Below are positions 1 to 12,672 of a stretch of 64,000 bases of DNA, piece by piece (the first letter of the stretch is position 1; the number at the start of each line of letters is the position of its first letter). The position numbers were made by a program, and so were the translations under genes. The stretch is from positions 67,458,001 to 67,522,000 of the forward strand of contig CM059438.1 in assembly GCA_030390025.1 (NCBI GenBank). Direction: 5' to 3'. This DNA is from Squalus acanthias. Lineage: Eukaryota. The notes beneath the pieces are model-generated. The model saw only the letters and a list, made by a program, of their open reading frames with translations, was not told the origin of the DNA and ran no database searches.

Positions 1-2054
1 CATATCAGTTCAGCAATAAAATGCGTTTGCTGACAAAAATATGTGACAATCGGTCATGTGGCAGATCATCATTTTGAACAGTAGTGCATGCATATTCATG
101 AAGAAATGCATTTGGGCATTTGGTGCAGGAACTCGCTGCTACACATATTTTATTTACCAAAGTGAGTCCTTCAATAACTCTTCAAAAGTCAGCACTGTTC
201 TCCCTCTCCTTACTCTTATTATTGTAGAATATTTATGACCGTGTCAGAACGCAGCCCCCCAGAGCCTTGCGGCTCATTTCGAATTCTGCGCATTCCCAAA
301 TTTGTACAGGAAGTAATATGAAAAATCACGTCAGCTTTTTAAAACTGACATCCAGATTACTTCTATCTCTTGTGTGCTTGCGTGTCCCTGCATTTTAGTA
401 TGTTTGGGAAACAAGACCTCCATTATTCACGAATCTTTGACATGTCGGTTGCAACTGCTTTGTGCTACTAAATCATTACGATGTGTTCACATCTTATTTT
501 AGACCCCAGTGGCACAGTTGGTAAATGCACTGCCTCGTGCAGCCCCAGACAGACCAATGAAATCCCGATCTCATTCCCAATCTGTGCTGAGTTAACAGAT
601 CGCAGCTGGAGTGATTTTGTGGACCCTACAACTTAGGAAAGGGAGAGAAAAAAATCAGCCATTTTTACGATCCAGTTGCATTTTAGCTGAGGACAGGTAC
701 AAGGTACTTAAGGGGATCTTTCTCAATCTCTTTCCCTCCCTTCCCCCTCTTAAAGGTCTATTTCTGATCTTGTTTATCTCTCTGTCTCTCACTCCCCCCA
801 CCACCCAAAGAGTGTTCTCTCTCCTCCCTTCAACTGGGCCTTTAAGAGGGTCTCTCTCCTTCTCCCCTATCAAAGTTTTCCACTCTTGCACTTCCTTTTC
901 CCGCCCAAGAAAGGCCCTCTCATTGTCCCTTCCCTTCCTGTCCTTGTCTTCTTCATTCCCCAAGCCACAGCATAGCTGAAATAAATAAAGTCAGAAGTCT
1001 TTTCATTGAACATTGGAGTTGTGAGCATATCGCAGCGGGTGTTGGTTATACGAATAGAGAAGCATCTTGATGTTCACATGTCTGTTTATTTTGGGGCCTG
1101 TTACATGGGCCTTCTATTGTGAAGAGTGAGCTGGTCTGGTGGGGCTCATAAAGTATGGTCGAGAAGATGTACTCAGAGGCTAGGACGTTGAGACACTTGG
1201 TGGGTGCGTCGTGCTGTTTGTGGGGTGAGGGGAGAAAGTTGTTGTTAATGACTTACTCTATAAATTTTACTTGTTATATCATCATAGAATCATACAACAC
1301 AGGATGAGGCCTTTCGGCCCATCGTGCCTTTGACGGCTCTTTGAAAGAGCTATCCAATTACTCCCACTCCCCTGCTCTTTCCTCATAGCCCTGCAAATGT
1401 TTCCTTTTTAAGTATATATCCAATTAGGTGATACATTTTATTTTCAGAGGCAGACAGTGGAGTGGGTGTGGAACTATTACGGTGTCGGTATCTCAGAGAG
1501 CCATTTTTGTCAGGAAATGACTGGGTAGAATTTTGCGGGAAAAATGCAGCAGTGTGAATTTATTTTTGTGGGATTGTGGTTGGATAGAAAGGTTTTACAC
1601 GATATGATTGGTGAACAACAAATGTAGAAAATAGTCAATTGGAAAAGAGAAAAACACAAAAATTTAAAGAGGAGGAAGAAAAATAAACTGCCGCACACAA
1701 CATGAATAACAGACATCGGAGATTTTATTCTAAAGACGCATAATTGTAACTACTAGCTAAATGCACCCTTGATTTCTAAAGGTTCTTAGCAAAAACATGC
1801 GTTTTGGTGATATGTGCATGTAACAATGTGGGTCAGGAGAAAGGAAACAAAATCTTCTGATTAGTTGCTCAATTTGTAGCAACACTGGAGACTGCCAAAC
1901 GCTGAGGTGAATATAGTTTGGTTTGTGGCAGAAGTTGAATGATGATTGCCATATTTGAACCTTTTTAGACCAAAATAATTCTGTTCCCCTTTTTGAAAGC
2001 TTTGACGGTCTGAAATAACTGGAAAGTTAGATTGACTGTTGGTAGCCATGAGTT

Positions 2055-2525
2055 GAGGTAGCATAGTGGTTATGTTACTGGTACTAGTTAATCCAGTAGA
2101 CCTGGACTAATTGATCATTATAGTAGATAAGAGTTCAAATCCCACCATGGCAGGTGGGGAATTTAAATTCAGTGAATTAAATAAATCTGGAATAAAAAGC
2201 TAATGTCAGTAATAATGACCGTGTAACAAGCAATTGACATAAAAACCCATCTGGGTTCACTGATTTCTTTTAGGGAAGGAAATCTGCCGTCCTTACCTGG
2301 TCTGGCCTACATATGATTCCAGACCCACAGCAATGTGGATGACTCTTCACTGCCCCCTGAAATGGCCTAGCAAGCCACTCAGTTGTACCAAAACACCGTT
2401 ACAAAGAAGTATCATGTACTGCAGCGGTTCAAGAAGTTGGCTCACCACGACCTTCTCGAGGGCAATTAGGGATGGACAATAAATGCTGGCCTTGCCAGCG
2501 ATGCCCACATCTTGTGAACAAATTT
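2055..2525 (+). mobile_element. tRNA-derived SINE carrying the 3' tail of the 2832-4300 LINE family
   Basis: A-box-like GGTAGCATAGTGG, B-box-like GAGTTCAAATCC; homologous to 12280-12672; ends in the LINE tail. Confidence 0.75.
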
Positions 2526-2831
2526 TTAAAAGTTAATATGTGAATGGGTTACCTTTGATCTGCATCATTTTGTTCTTATTTTGAATACTGAACATGAACT
2601 TCGTTGTTATCTGCATGGAGGTGCCGATTGTAGCATAGTGCCCCTCCCCCAAAACTGCACTTATGCAGAACTAAAAATCCTTCCAGAGTAAACAACCAAT
2701 GAAGTAATTTGATCTTGCCATACAAGAAGCTGAACGGTGCTACTGAAATTCAGGGTTTGAGTAAAAGCACAGTGTGCTAAGTGATGGCAGCCAGGGGACT
2801 CTGGTTTGTAATGAAGAGAGGGAATTGACTT

Positions 2832-4300
2832 TTTTTTATTCGTTTATGGGATGTGGACGTTGCTGGTAAGGCCAGCATTTATTGCCCATCCCTAATTGCC
2901 CTTGAGAAGGTGGTGGTGAGCCACCTTCTTGAACCGCTGAAGTCCGTGAGGTGAAGATAATCCCACAGTGCTGTTAGGTAGGGAGTTTCAGGATTTTGAT
3001 CCAGCGACGGTGAAGGATCGGCGATATATTTCTAAGTCAGAATGATGTGTGACTTGGAGGGGAACTTGGAGGTGGTGGTGTTCCCATGCGCCTGCTGCCC
3101 TTGTCCTTCTAGGTGGAAGAGATCGCGGATTTGGGAGGTGCTGCCGAGTTGCCTTGGCGAGTTGCTGCAGTGCATCTTGTAGATGGTACACACTGCAGCC
3201 ATGGTACGCTGGTGGTGGAGACAGTGAATGTTTAAGGTGGTGGAAAGGATGCCAATCAAGCAGCTGCTTCGCCCTGGATGGTGTCGAGCTTCTTGAGTGT
3301 TGTCGGAGCTGCACTCATCCAGGCAAGTGGAGAATATTCCATCACACTCCTTACTTGTGCCTTGTAGATGGTGGAAATGATTTGGGGAGTCAGGAAGTGA
3401 CAGAATACCTAGCCTCTGACTTGCTCTTGTTGCCACAGTATTTATGTGGCTGGTCCAGTTAAGTTTCTGGTTAATGGTGTCCCCCAGGATGTTGATGGTG
3501 GGAGATTCGGCAATGGTAATGCCATTGAATGTCAAGGGAGGTGGTTAGACTCTCGCTTGTTGGAGATAGTCATTGCCTGGCACTTCTGTGGCGTGAATGT
3601 TACCTGCCACTTATCAGCCCAAGCCTGAACGTCGTCCAGGTCTTGTTGCATGCGGGCATGGACTGTTTCATTATCTGAGGAGTTGTGAATGGCACTGAAC
3701 ACTGTGCAGTCATCAGTGAACATCCCCATTTCTGACCTTATGTTGGAGGGAAGGTCATTGATGAAGCAGCTGGAGATGGTTGGGCCTAGTACACTGCCCT
3801 GAGGAACTCCTGCAGCGATGTCCTGGGGCTATGATGATTGACCTTCAACCACCACTTTGTTCCTTTGTGCTAGGTATGACTCCAGCCAGTGGAGAGTTTT
3901 CCCCCCGATTCCCATTGACTTCAGTTTTACTAGGGCTCCTTGATGCCACACTCGGTCAAATGCTGCCTTGATGTCAAGGGCAGTCACTCTCACCTCACCT
4001 CTGGAATTCAGCTCCTTTGTCCATGTTTGGACCAAGGCTGTAATGAGGTCGGGAGCCGAGTGGTCTTGGCAGAATCCAAACTGGACATCAGTGAGCAGGT
4101 TATTGGTGAGTAAGTGCTGCTTGATAGCACTGTTGATGACAACTTCCATCACTTTGCTGATGATTGAGAGTATACTGATGGGGCGGTAATTGGCCGGATT
4201 GGATTTGTCCTGCTTTTTGTGGACAGCACATACCTGGGCAGTTTTCCACATTGTCGGATAAATGCCAGTGCTGTAGATGTACTGGAACAGCTTGGCTAGA
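2832..4300 (-). mobile_element. CR1-group LINE fragment (second family), RT and 3' end
   Basis: NYRPISILSIISK, LDIKAAFDRVWH, WADKWQVTF; 3' end shared with copies at about 8150, 17630 and 54330. Confidence 0.88.
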
Positions 4301-5827
4301 CTGAAAGGAATGAAACCTTTTAAAACTTTTCAATTAGACCAACCAAGTAGATTAATCTAAATTATGTAAGTTCGGACGCCAGAGATAAATCAACTTGTTG
4401 GTTTTATTAATATCAACAGAAAGTACAAGCAAGTGAATCCATTTATACACCTAGGTGGAAAATGTCAGATGATTTGTTCCAAACCGATCAATTCTGAGAT
4501 TATTGTTGTGTGTCATGTGCTACACACCAGTAGATGGCAATGTCGCAGGACATACATTCCATTCTCACTGGAATGTGGGTGGTGTTTCATGTCTTATCAG
4601 TTTTCAGTATCTTATCAGTCAGACAATTTCACACCGTTATAAACATCACACCTTAACAGAATGATAACAGCTGAATCGTAAACATGTTGGGTCCAAGCTA
4701 GCTATAATTCTTGCATAAACGCTTTGATGCTTCTTAAATTGCATTTACCTGACGCGTCCTGCTTGTTTAGCATTCCCCTAATGACCTAATCTAAACAATG
4801 CGTAAGCCTCTCTCACACAGAGTACACTCTCATAATACAAAGATATTAATAGCGACTTCTATACTGTTAAGCTATATTTCCTATTATATTACACACTATC
4901 CTACATTTTCCTTTTTCTATGTCTTCAGTGTTTTAAAATGGTGCCGTTTCCACTGCTCCCATTTTATTGATGGCTGGATTAAGCACAGACATCTTCAGAA
5001 TTCTTAACTTGTCATTCCCTCATTTAGTTACACTGAATTCTCTGAGTTATGTTGTGATGCTGTAATACAATCTGGCTCCTTTTGTCATGCTAATTGGGCA
5101 ACAGACAGCTAAGTAGGATCCTAAATGCACTGTATTTGAAATCATATCTATCTTATGCGGCAATTTTCAAGCTCATTCAATTAAAGAGGGGGGGGGAGTC
5201 TGGTCAAAAAATCCATCAGCACTCAGCTAAATATGCTTTCAATGCTGAGTTATGTATAGATTGCCCAAACACATTAATATCAGAATGTCATATCCTACGA
5301 AAAAAAATGAGTAAATCTTTTACTAGGAAACTACATGTTCCATCATGTACGCATGCAACAATCTCTGGAAAAAACGGAATGGACCGCTTCCTTTTTACAT
5401 GCTTGCCTTGAAACTATTTTCATTTATAAAGAGCTTCTGCAGAAAAATTCACCCGTGTTTCCTATTCAAATTTGGCACTTTAGGAATCGGCTCAATACTG
5501 TACACGAATGAAGATTAGTACAGACAGAAATACACATAATAGCGGCCTGATTAAAACAATTCTACAGAGATCCAGGCATAACTTCAGACTCTAGTGTAAT
5601 TGTGGGGTATGTTACTGCATCAATGGAGCATGATAAGGAATCAGTTTGCAACGAATGGAATAATTACAAAGTGAAGTGATGTGAAACTGATTTGTCTCCT
5701 TTTTTAAAATATCTGGTATCTGCAGAGGCAGTAAAAATGAAAATTAATTTAAAAAGGAAAATGCTATATTTTAAAATATACTTCTGTTAAACTGCGCTGT
5801 GTTTCAATTCAAACTGTGCTCAATAAC

Positions 5828-6567
5828 GGGCCAACATTTGCGATCGGAGGCTTCCTGCGGGCAGATGTCTCCTACCTGTAAAATGTCTATGAATTTACCT
5901 GGTGGCCCGGAGGCTTGCGATCCTGGGCCCCTCCGGGTTCGTGTGGGCAGAGCTCCACGTATCCCAGGGGCGCAGGCGGTTCGTAGGCACCCCTGGGATC
6001 ATGTGGGCCGGCCCAACCAATAAAAGAAGGGAATCCCCATTCATATTTTTGACAGTTCTGTAAGTACGGAACTGTCTAAAGTATGAATGAGGATCATTAA
6101 AAAAATACACCAACACATGAAATATATATTTTTTTAATTACATACTTAAAATTAATTAAAATGCCATTTAATTAAATATTTTAAACAAAAATTTATTTTT
6201 TTGAAAAAATGTTTTTATGGGACTAAAAATAAACGTACCTTTTTGAAGAGTATTTTAATTTATAAATGAGCGCTAAAATTTTATTTTTCTATTTTTTAAA
6301 ACTCTCACGCTGGTAAAAGCAGGCTTTAGCAGGCGTAAGAATTTGACAGGCATTCAGCGGGCGGACGTTGGGCAAATAGCGCAACTCTCCACCCGCAGAG
6401 GCCCATCTCCCGGGGATGCGGAGGATCTGTCGAGAAGATTCTTGACAGATCGCAAGCGCCGGGTTTCAGCGCATGCGCTTTGCACGCCTAAACCCGGAAC
6501 TTGCGCGGCCCCTATGGGCGCACGCACACACGTTGTACGCACCCATAGGGGTCGCAAAATACGGCCC
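5828..6567. mobile_element. MITE-like element
   Basis: Imperfect TIRs GGGCCAACATTTGCGATC / GGTCGCAAAATACGGCCC; GC-rich arms around an AT-rich core; internal hairpin at about 6505-6555. Confidence 0.55.
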
Positions 6568-8148
6568 ATTATACATAAGAAAAGAGTCACCTAGAGAAAG
6601 TAGATAATGATGTGGGGATGACATTTACTGTTTCTGAATATATATCCTGACAGGTCTGTTACAGGAATTAGCTTTATATTGCACTTGCTGCAAGATGGAA
6701 TATTCATTAAAAAGGGCACTATGGAAGAAGGCAGCAATGTACAATTTAAGACGCTGTATAAAGCTTTTTTGCAGTTGAATGGAATGTTTTCCTTGGGGCA
6801 GAAAACAGTTTGTCAATTTTATTTGGCTTTGTGTTCAAGTGCAATCATTCATGCAATTCAAATCATGTGTTCTGTTTTAAAGTGCATCTCCAGGAACACT
6901 CAGACAGAAGGAAGTAGCAGAAGATTACTTTAATAGCCTGTAAACTTTCATCTTCTGGTGTCAAATGGGGTCAGCTTCAGATGATTAGAGCTTTCAGTGA
7001 GGAAGGACTATGTAGTACAGGAGCCCTATTAAAAAAGCACACTGTGAAATAGAAGGGGAAATGTAGATTGCCGGGAGCATGAGAGATCAAATTATTCAAC
7101 ACAGTTAACCTTCCACCCCCTAGAGTCAACTCAGTCAGACTTCTCCAAGTTTGCAGCAATGGGGGATAGGATTTTTTTCATTTTATAGATTGTCTTGAAT
7201 TAGGCCACATCAATATAAAGAGCAGAAGTCACATGCAAAATGTAAAGGATCTTTCAAAATGATGCACATGATTACAGTAAATGCCATCAAGAGAAGCTCC
7301 TTGACTACAACAGTCAAAAAAGGAGGCTCCCTTTGGCCTAAAACATGACTCAAGACAAAACTAATAAAATTCCCTACAAAATAAGACACCTTGCCATTTT
7401 AACTTGACTTTTTAAGTGTGTATAGGCACCTGTGCATGTTCAGCTCAAGTATGCGTCAATTAAGCTACGTGCAAGAGAAGCATCATAACCAACGCATGGC
7501 GTAACTGGTGTTAAATGAATGGAAATAATCTGAGAAAGGGAGATGGCAGAAGTGGATCACTAGACCGCGGGGTCTATGGCTCTTCTCCCAGGGCTTCTGT
7601 TAAATAAACTGTGATCTTCTGCTTTGAGACAGATTCGAGTGAATTCATTTTTCACCAACACTGGTGTTAAATGGATGGAAATAATCTGAGAAAGGGAGAT
7701 GGCAGAAGAAATTTGTGCAAAAGTTCGATTCATGAGGTAACAGAGTGTATAGAATGTTTCACAAGGAAAGACAGATGAACCTTTCCTCACCTGGAGTTGG
7801 ATGTAAATAAGGGTTAAACTTTTTGGATTTGTGCACCTGCTGCCGAGCTCTGCCTGCTGGGAATGCATATCAGGAAATTGGGCATGGCGATCAGAGGGGC
7901 CCCACAAGGATTTCTGTCCACAATGGCTGGGAAATCCTGCAAGCTTGCTGACCCATGCGCCTAAATTCCCAGTGTGTGCTCCCAGCGTTGCACAAACTCT
8001 GCGCTGGAACCATAAATTGGTAAAAATGTACTGCACTGAGTCCCGTATTAACAGTTTGTAATTGTGTAGATAACACAGCAACAAAATTGAGTTACTTCTT
8101 CGAATCAAAATAATTGGTAGAATGAGGTCACGTGTGTGACTGATGTGA

Positions 8149-8558
8149 CCTTAAACATTCACTCCCTCCACCACCGGCGTACCGTGGCTGCAGTGCGTAC
8201 CATCTACAAGATGCACTGCAGCAACTCGCCAAGGCTTCTTCGGCAGCACCTCCCAAACCTGCAACCTCTTCCACCTAGAAGGACAAGGGCAGCAGGCGCA
8301 TGGGAACACCACCACCTCCAAAATCCCCTCCAAGTTACACACCATCCTGACTTGGAAGTATATCGCTGATCCTTCATCGTCGCTGGTTCAAAATCCTGGA
8401 ACTCCCTCCCTAACAGCACTGTGGGAGTACCTTCACCACACGGACTGCAGCGGTTCAAGAAGACGGCTCACCACCACCTTCTCAAGGGCAATTAGGGATG
8501 GGCAATAAATGCTGGCCTTGCCAGCAACGCCCACATCCCATAAGCGAATAAAAAAAAA
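8149..8558 (+). mobile_element. LINE 3' fragment, same family as 2832-4300
   Basis: LNIHSLHHRRTVAAV; tail GGGCAATTAGGGATGGGCAATAAATGCTGGCC then poly(A). Confidence 0.85.
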
Positions 8559-9635
8559 ATTCATGTGATCCTTCTCAGACCCAATGGACAAGCAATTGCT
8601 GTTGACTACCTGGAAAACAAGAAGGTAATTAATGATATTCACAAGTAAGAGAGCCTGTAGTGAATCAATATGTGACAATCGCAGGGGATTTCAGCATCGC
8701 AGAAGTTAAGCCAACACATTAAAGATGAGCAAGAGGGATGGACAAAACCAACAACAATTTCAAAGTGTTCAAATGCAGAATGTTCTGAGGAGAGAGATTT
8801 TTCAGGGAAATGGGCAGAGATTTCTTTACTTTTGTCCTCTGCCAAAACAGATAAATGCTGCTGGGCAAAGGTGAATGCCACAGGTAGCAAAGACAAACTA
8901 ATTAAAAGAATTGGAGCAAATTAATAATTCATGAATGAAATAAATCCTAAAAAAAAAAGTACGGTCATATGGCAAAGCAGGACGAGAGAAAATTGGGAAT
9001 TAAGAAATGACACAGCGGCTCCCTGGGAAGCGGGCTTCTTGGGCAGCAGGGATTAAATGGCGGCATCTTGGGCAAGTGGAGTAGTGCGGGCAGCAAAGTT
9101 GGAAACAAAGTAAATGAGCTGGGGAAACCAGCAAGTTGGGGTACAAATGTAATAAATTTCAACATTAGTAGTGAATGGCACAGTGGCAATCAGGGATAAG
9201 ACATGAAGTGAAAGCCATTTTTTCTTGGGTTGGGGAAAACAGAAATGGGGATTAAATAGAAGAAAAGTTTAAATGAAATTAAAATGAAAGAAAAATATGA
9301 CAAGAGCGTATGCTGTCTCACAGCGTTTGACCTGTTCAGCTGGTGATACGAGTTCATCCGAACAGAGTTGGGAGATGGAGCTGGGCGTGTTTGGCCACTT
9401 GGTCAGAATCGACCATTAAGAAGTCAGCAAGTGTTCAAAAGCTGTGAAAACGTTGGAATAAAGTGTTTTAAAACATGTCAAAGCATTACGCTGACCCAGG
9501 CCACTGAGGTGTGACACCCAGGCCTGACTAAATTCTGACACAAGTATGTGTGACAAAGAGCAAGTGCATGCAAAACGCAAGACTTTAAATTTAATCTACC
9601 ATGGCACTGCACATAGAGAGGCAAGACCAAGCGTT

Positions 9636-10868
9636 GACATCCTTTGTGACTGTGACAAAGGTAAACTACCCCTCCTCGTCCTTCTTGACTTGTCTGCAGC
9701 CTTTGACACGGTTGACCACTCCATCCTTCTCCAACGCCTCCGCACCGTCGTCCAGCTGGGTGGGACTGCACTCGCCTGGTTCCATTCTTATCTATGTAAT
9801 CGTAACCAGATCATCACCTGCAACGGCTTGTCTTCCCGCTCCCGCATCATTAGCTCTGGTGTCCCCAAAGATCTATCCTTGGCCCCCCCTCCTATTTCTC
9901 ATCTACATGTTCCCCCTTGGCGACATCATCCAAAAACACAGCGTCAGTTTCCACATGTATGCTGATGACACCCAGCTCTACCTCACTACTTCTTCTCTCG
10001 ACCCCTCCACTTCTCCAATTAAATATAGGGAAAACCGAAGCCATTGTTTTCAGTCCCCGCCACAAACTCTGTTCCCTAGCCACTGACTCCATCCCTCTCC
10101 CTAACATCTGTCTGAGGCTGAACCACACTGTTCGCAACCTTGGTGTCATTTTTGACCCTGAAATGAGCTTCCGAACACATATCCGCAGCATAACAAAGAC
10201 CGCCTACTTCCACCTCTGTAACATCGCCTGTCTCCGCCCTTGCCTCAGCTCATCCGCTGCTGAAACCCTCATCCATGCCTTTACCTCTAGACTTGACTAT
10301 TCCAAAGCACTCCTGGCTGGCCTCCCACATTCCACCCTACGTAAACTTGAGGTCATCCAAAACTCGGCTGCCCATGTCCTAACTCGCACCAAGTCCTGTT
10401 TGCCCATCACCCCTGTGCTCGCTGACCTACATTGGCTCCCGGTTAAGCAGCACCTCGATTTAAAAATTCTCATCCTTGTTTTCAAATCCCTCCATGGCCT
10501 CCCCCCTCCCTATCTCTGTAATCTCCTTCAGCCCCACAACCCCCCCGAGATATCTGCGCTCCTCTAATTCTGCCCTCTTGAGCATCCCTGATTATAATCG
10601 CTCAACCTTTGGTGGCTGTGCCTTCTGTTGCCTAGGCCCTAAGCTCTGGAATTCCCTGCCTAAACCTCTCCGCCTCTCTACCTCTCTTTCCTCCTTTAAG
10701 ACGCTCCTTAAAACCTACCTCTTTGACCAAGCTTTTAGTCACCTGCCCTAATTTATCCTTATGTGGCTCGGTGTCAATTTTGTTTTATCTTAAAATACTC
10801 CTGTGCAGCGCCTTGGGACGTTTTACTACATTAAAGGTGCTATATAAATACAAGTTGTTGTTGTTGTC
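9636..10868 (+). mobile_element. L2 LINE 3' portion
   Basis: [41 protein letters not shown]; (TTG)n tail. Confidence 0.9.
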
Positions 10869-12279
10869 TCGAGGTGAAAGGGCGATAGAGGGTGGAGACA
10901 ATTGGACCAGGGCATTCAGTCACCATTTTAAATTCATATTTTTTGTTCTTATTTTTCGATAATACCTTTACTTTATATTATTTATAGCTAAGTCGGAAAA
11001 CATACAGCAATTTGGAAAGCATAGAAGCACAGTTAATAGGAGCAGCCAAGCTTCTCTGCAGTGCAAGCTGCAGAGCTGGAGGTGAAAAACTGAGGTGCTA
11101 CAGTGCCACCACTGGCTAGAGGATGTAATGACAGGATGACAAGTTATCAGCAGATCCCATTATAAATGCAGATCCAGGAATTTATAACGTAAAAAGAACT
11201 GACAGGAAGTGTGTGCAGACATAAAAGCCCATAAATTCCATGTAGATTCTAAGTCTACACTGTTATTACAGCGACAGACCAGCGAACCCCCCAGGGAAAT
11301 AGCTGAAAAGAGTTACGGGTGGGGGGCTGGGGAGACCAATAAAACCCCCAGGGAATTTTAGGGCCAAGATTTGTAATAGATTTATTATATAGATAGATGG
11401 TGTCATAAATGACCAAGTGTTGAAATGACTCCCTTGCTAATGTTTAATTTGCCTCTAAAACTAATGCTCTGCAACATGACAACACTTCATTGTTTCAATA
11501 GAGCTGACTCTGCTCATTATTCTGGGATGATTCGCGCGGGTACATGAACATGATCGGAAAAAATTACCTTAACTTTAAATCCCTGTTTTAAATAAAATAT
11601 GGAACATCATTTGCCATTTTGCTGTGCATTATCTCTGCACTAATGTTTAATGGGTAACGTGGAAAATAATACTTTTATTTGGCTTTTTTTGCTTTCAACA
11701 TCTCACTTTATTTTCGATAGCGTGATCATGCTTGCAGTTTTCTTCTGCAGGATTTTAGAGCTCAGCCTGAGGGAAATAAGACACATGTCATACTTGAATT
11801 AAATTGTTAAATTAAAATGAAATCATTCTAGTAGTTTTGAGGATTGAACATGTCACCGTAAGTCTTGTTTTATTTTATGCACTCCTGCCTCTCTCCTCCC
11901 AATTTTCTTCCCTTCTCTCTGATGACATCGACTCCTGCTAGAATGTGGATTTGTGGAAATGCCAATAGCCTTCTGATCCTTAAGTAAGTAACTGCTCTTC
12001 ATGTATGAGTCCAGAAAGTGAGCGCTGGTAAGTTATTTGACTGTTAGGACACCAGAGCTGAGCCGAATCAGGTTCACAGGAGCAACTTCAAGTAGAGGTC
12101 TTTGGGCAAGACAGCAAACAGGAGCGAGACACCTGGTTGCTTTTATTCTCCTCTCTGGCCCAGGGCATACTGAGGCTAATTGCAGCTCCCCAACTGATGT
12201 CTTAGCTGTGATTGTCTATCTCAACACTAACCTGGGACCTTCTGGTCTGTATGGCTTAGTATTATACTGGGTAGCCCTG

Positions 12280-12672
12280 GGTACGGTAGCATAGTGGTTA
12301 TGTCACTGGACTGGTAATTTCCGTAGGCCTGGACCAATGAACCAGTTAGACGTGAGTTCAAATCCCACCACGGCAGCTGGGGAATTTAAATTCAATTAAT
12401 TAAATAAACTTGGAATAAAAAGCTAGTATCAGTAATGATGACCATGAAACTACCGGATTGTCGTAAAAACCCATCTGGTTCACTAATTTCCTTTAGAGAA
12501 GGAAATCTGCTGCAGTTACCTGGTCTGGCCTATATGTGACTCCAGACCCAGCAAGCCACTCAGTTATATCCAAGATGGCGGCTCACCACCACCTTCTCAA
12601 GGGCAATTAGGGACGGACAATAAATGCTGGCCTTGCCAGTGACGCCCACATGCTGTGAATGAATTAAAAAAA
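12280..12672 (+). mobile_element. tRNA-derived SINE, second copy
   Basis: Homologous to 2055-2525. Confidence 0.75.

Noticed and set aside
611..979. 122-aa and 102-aa ORFs
   Set aside because: Arise from a CT-rich low-complexity tract.
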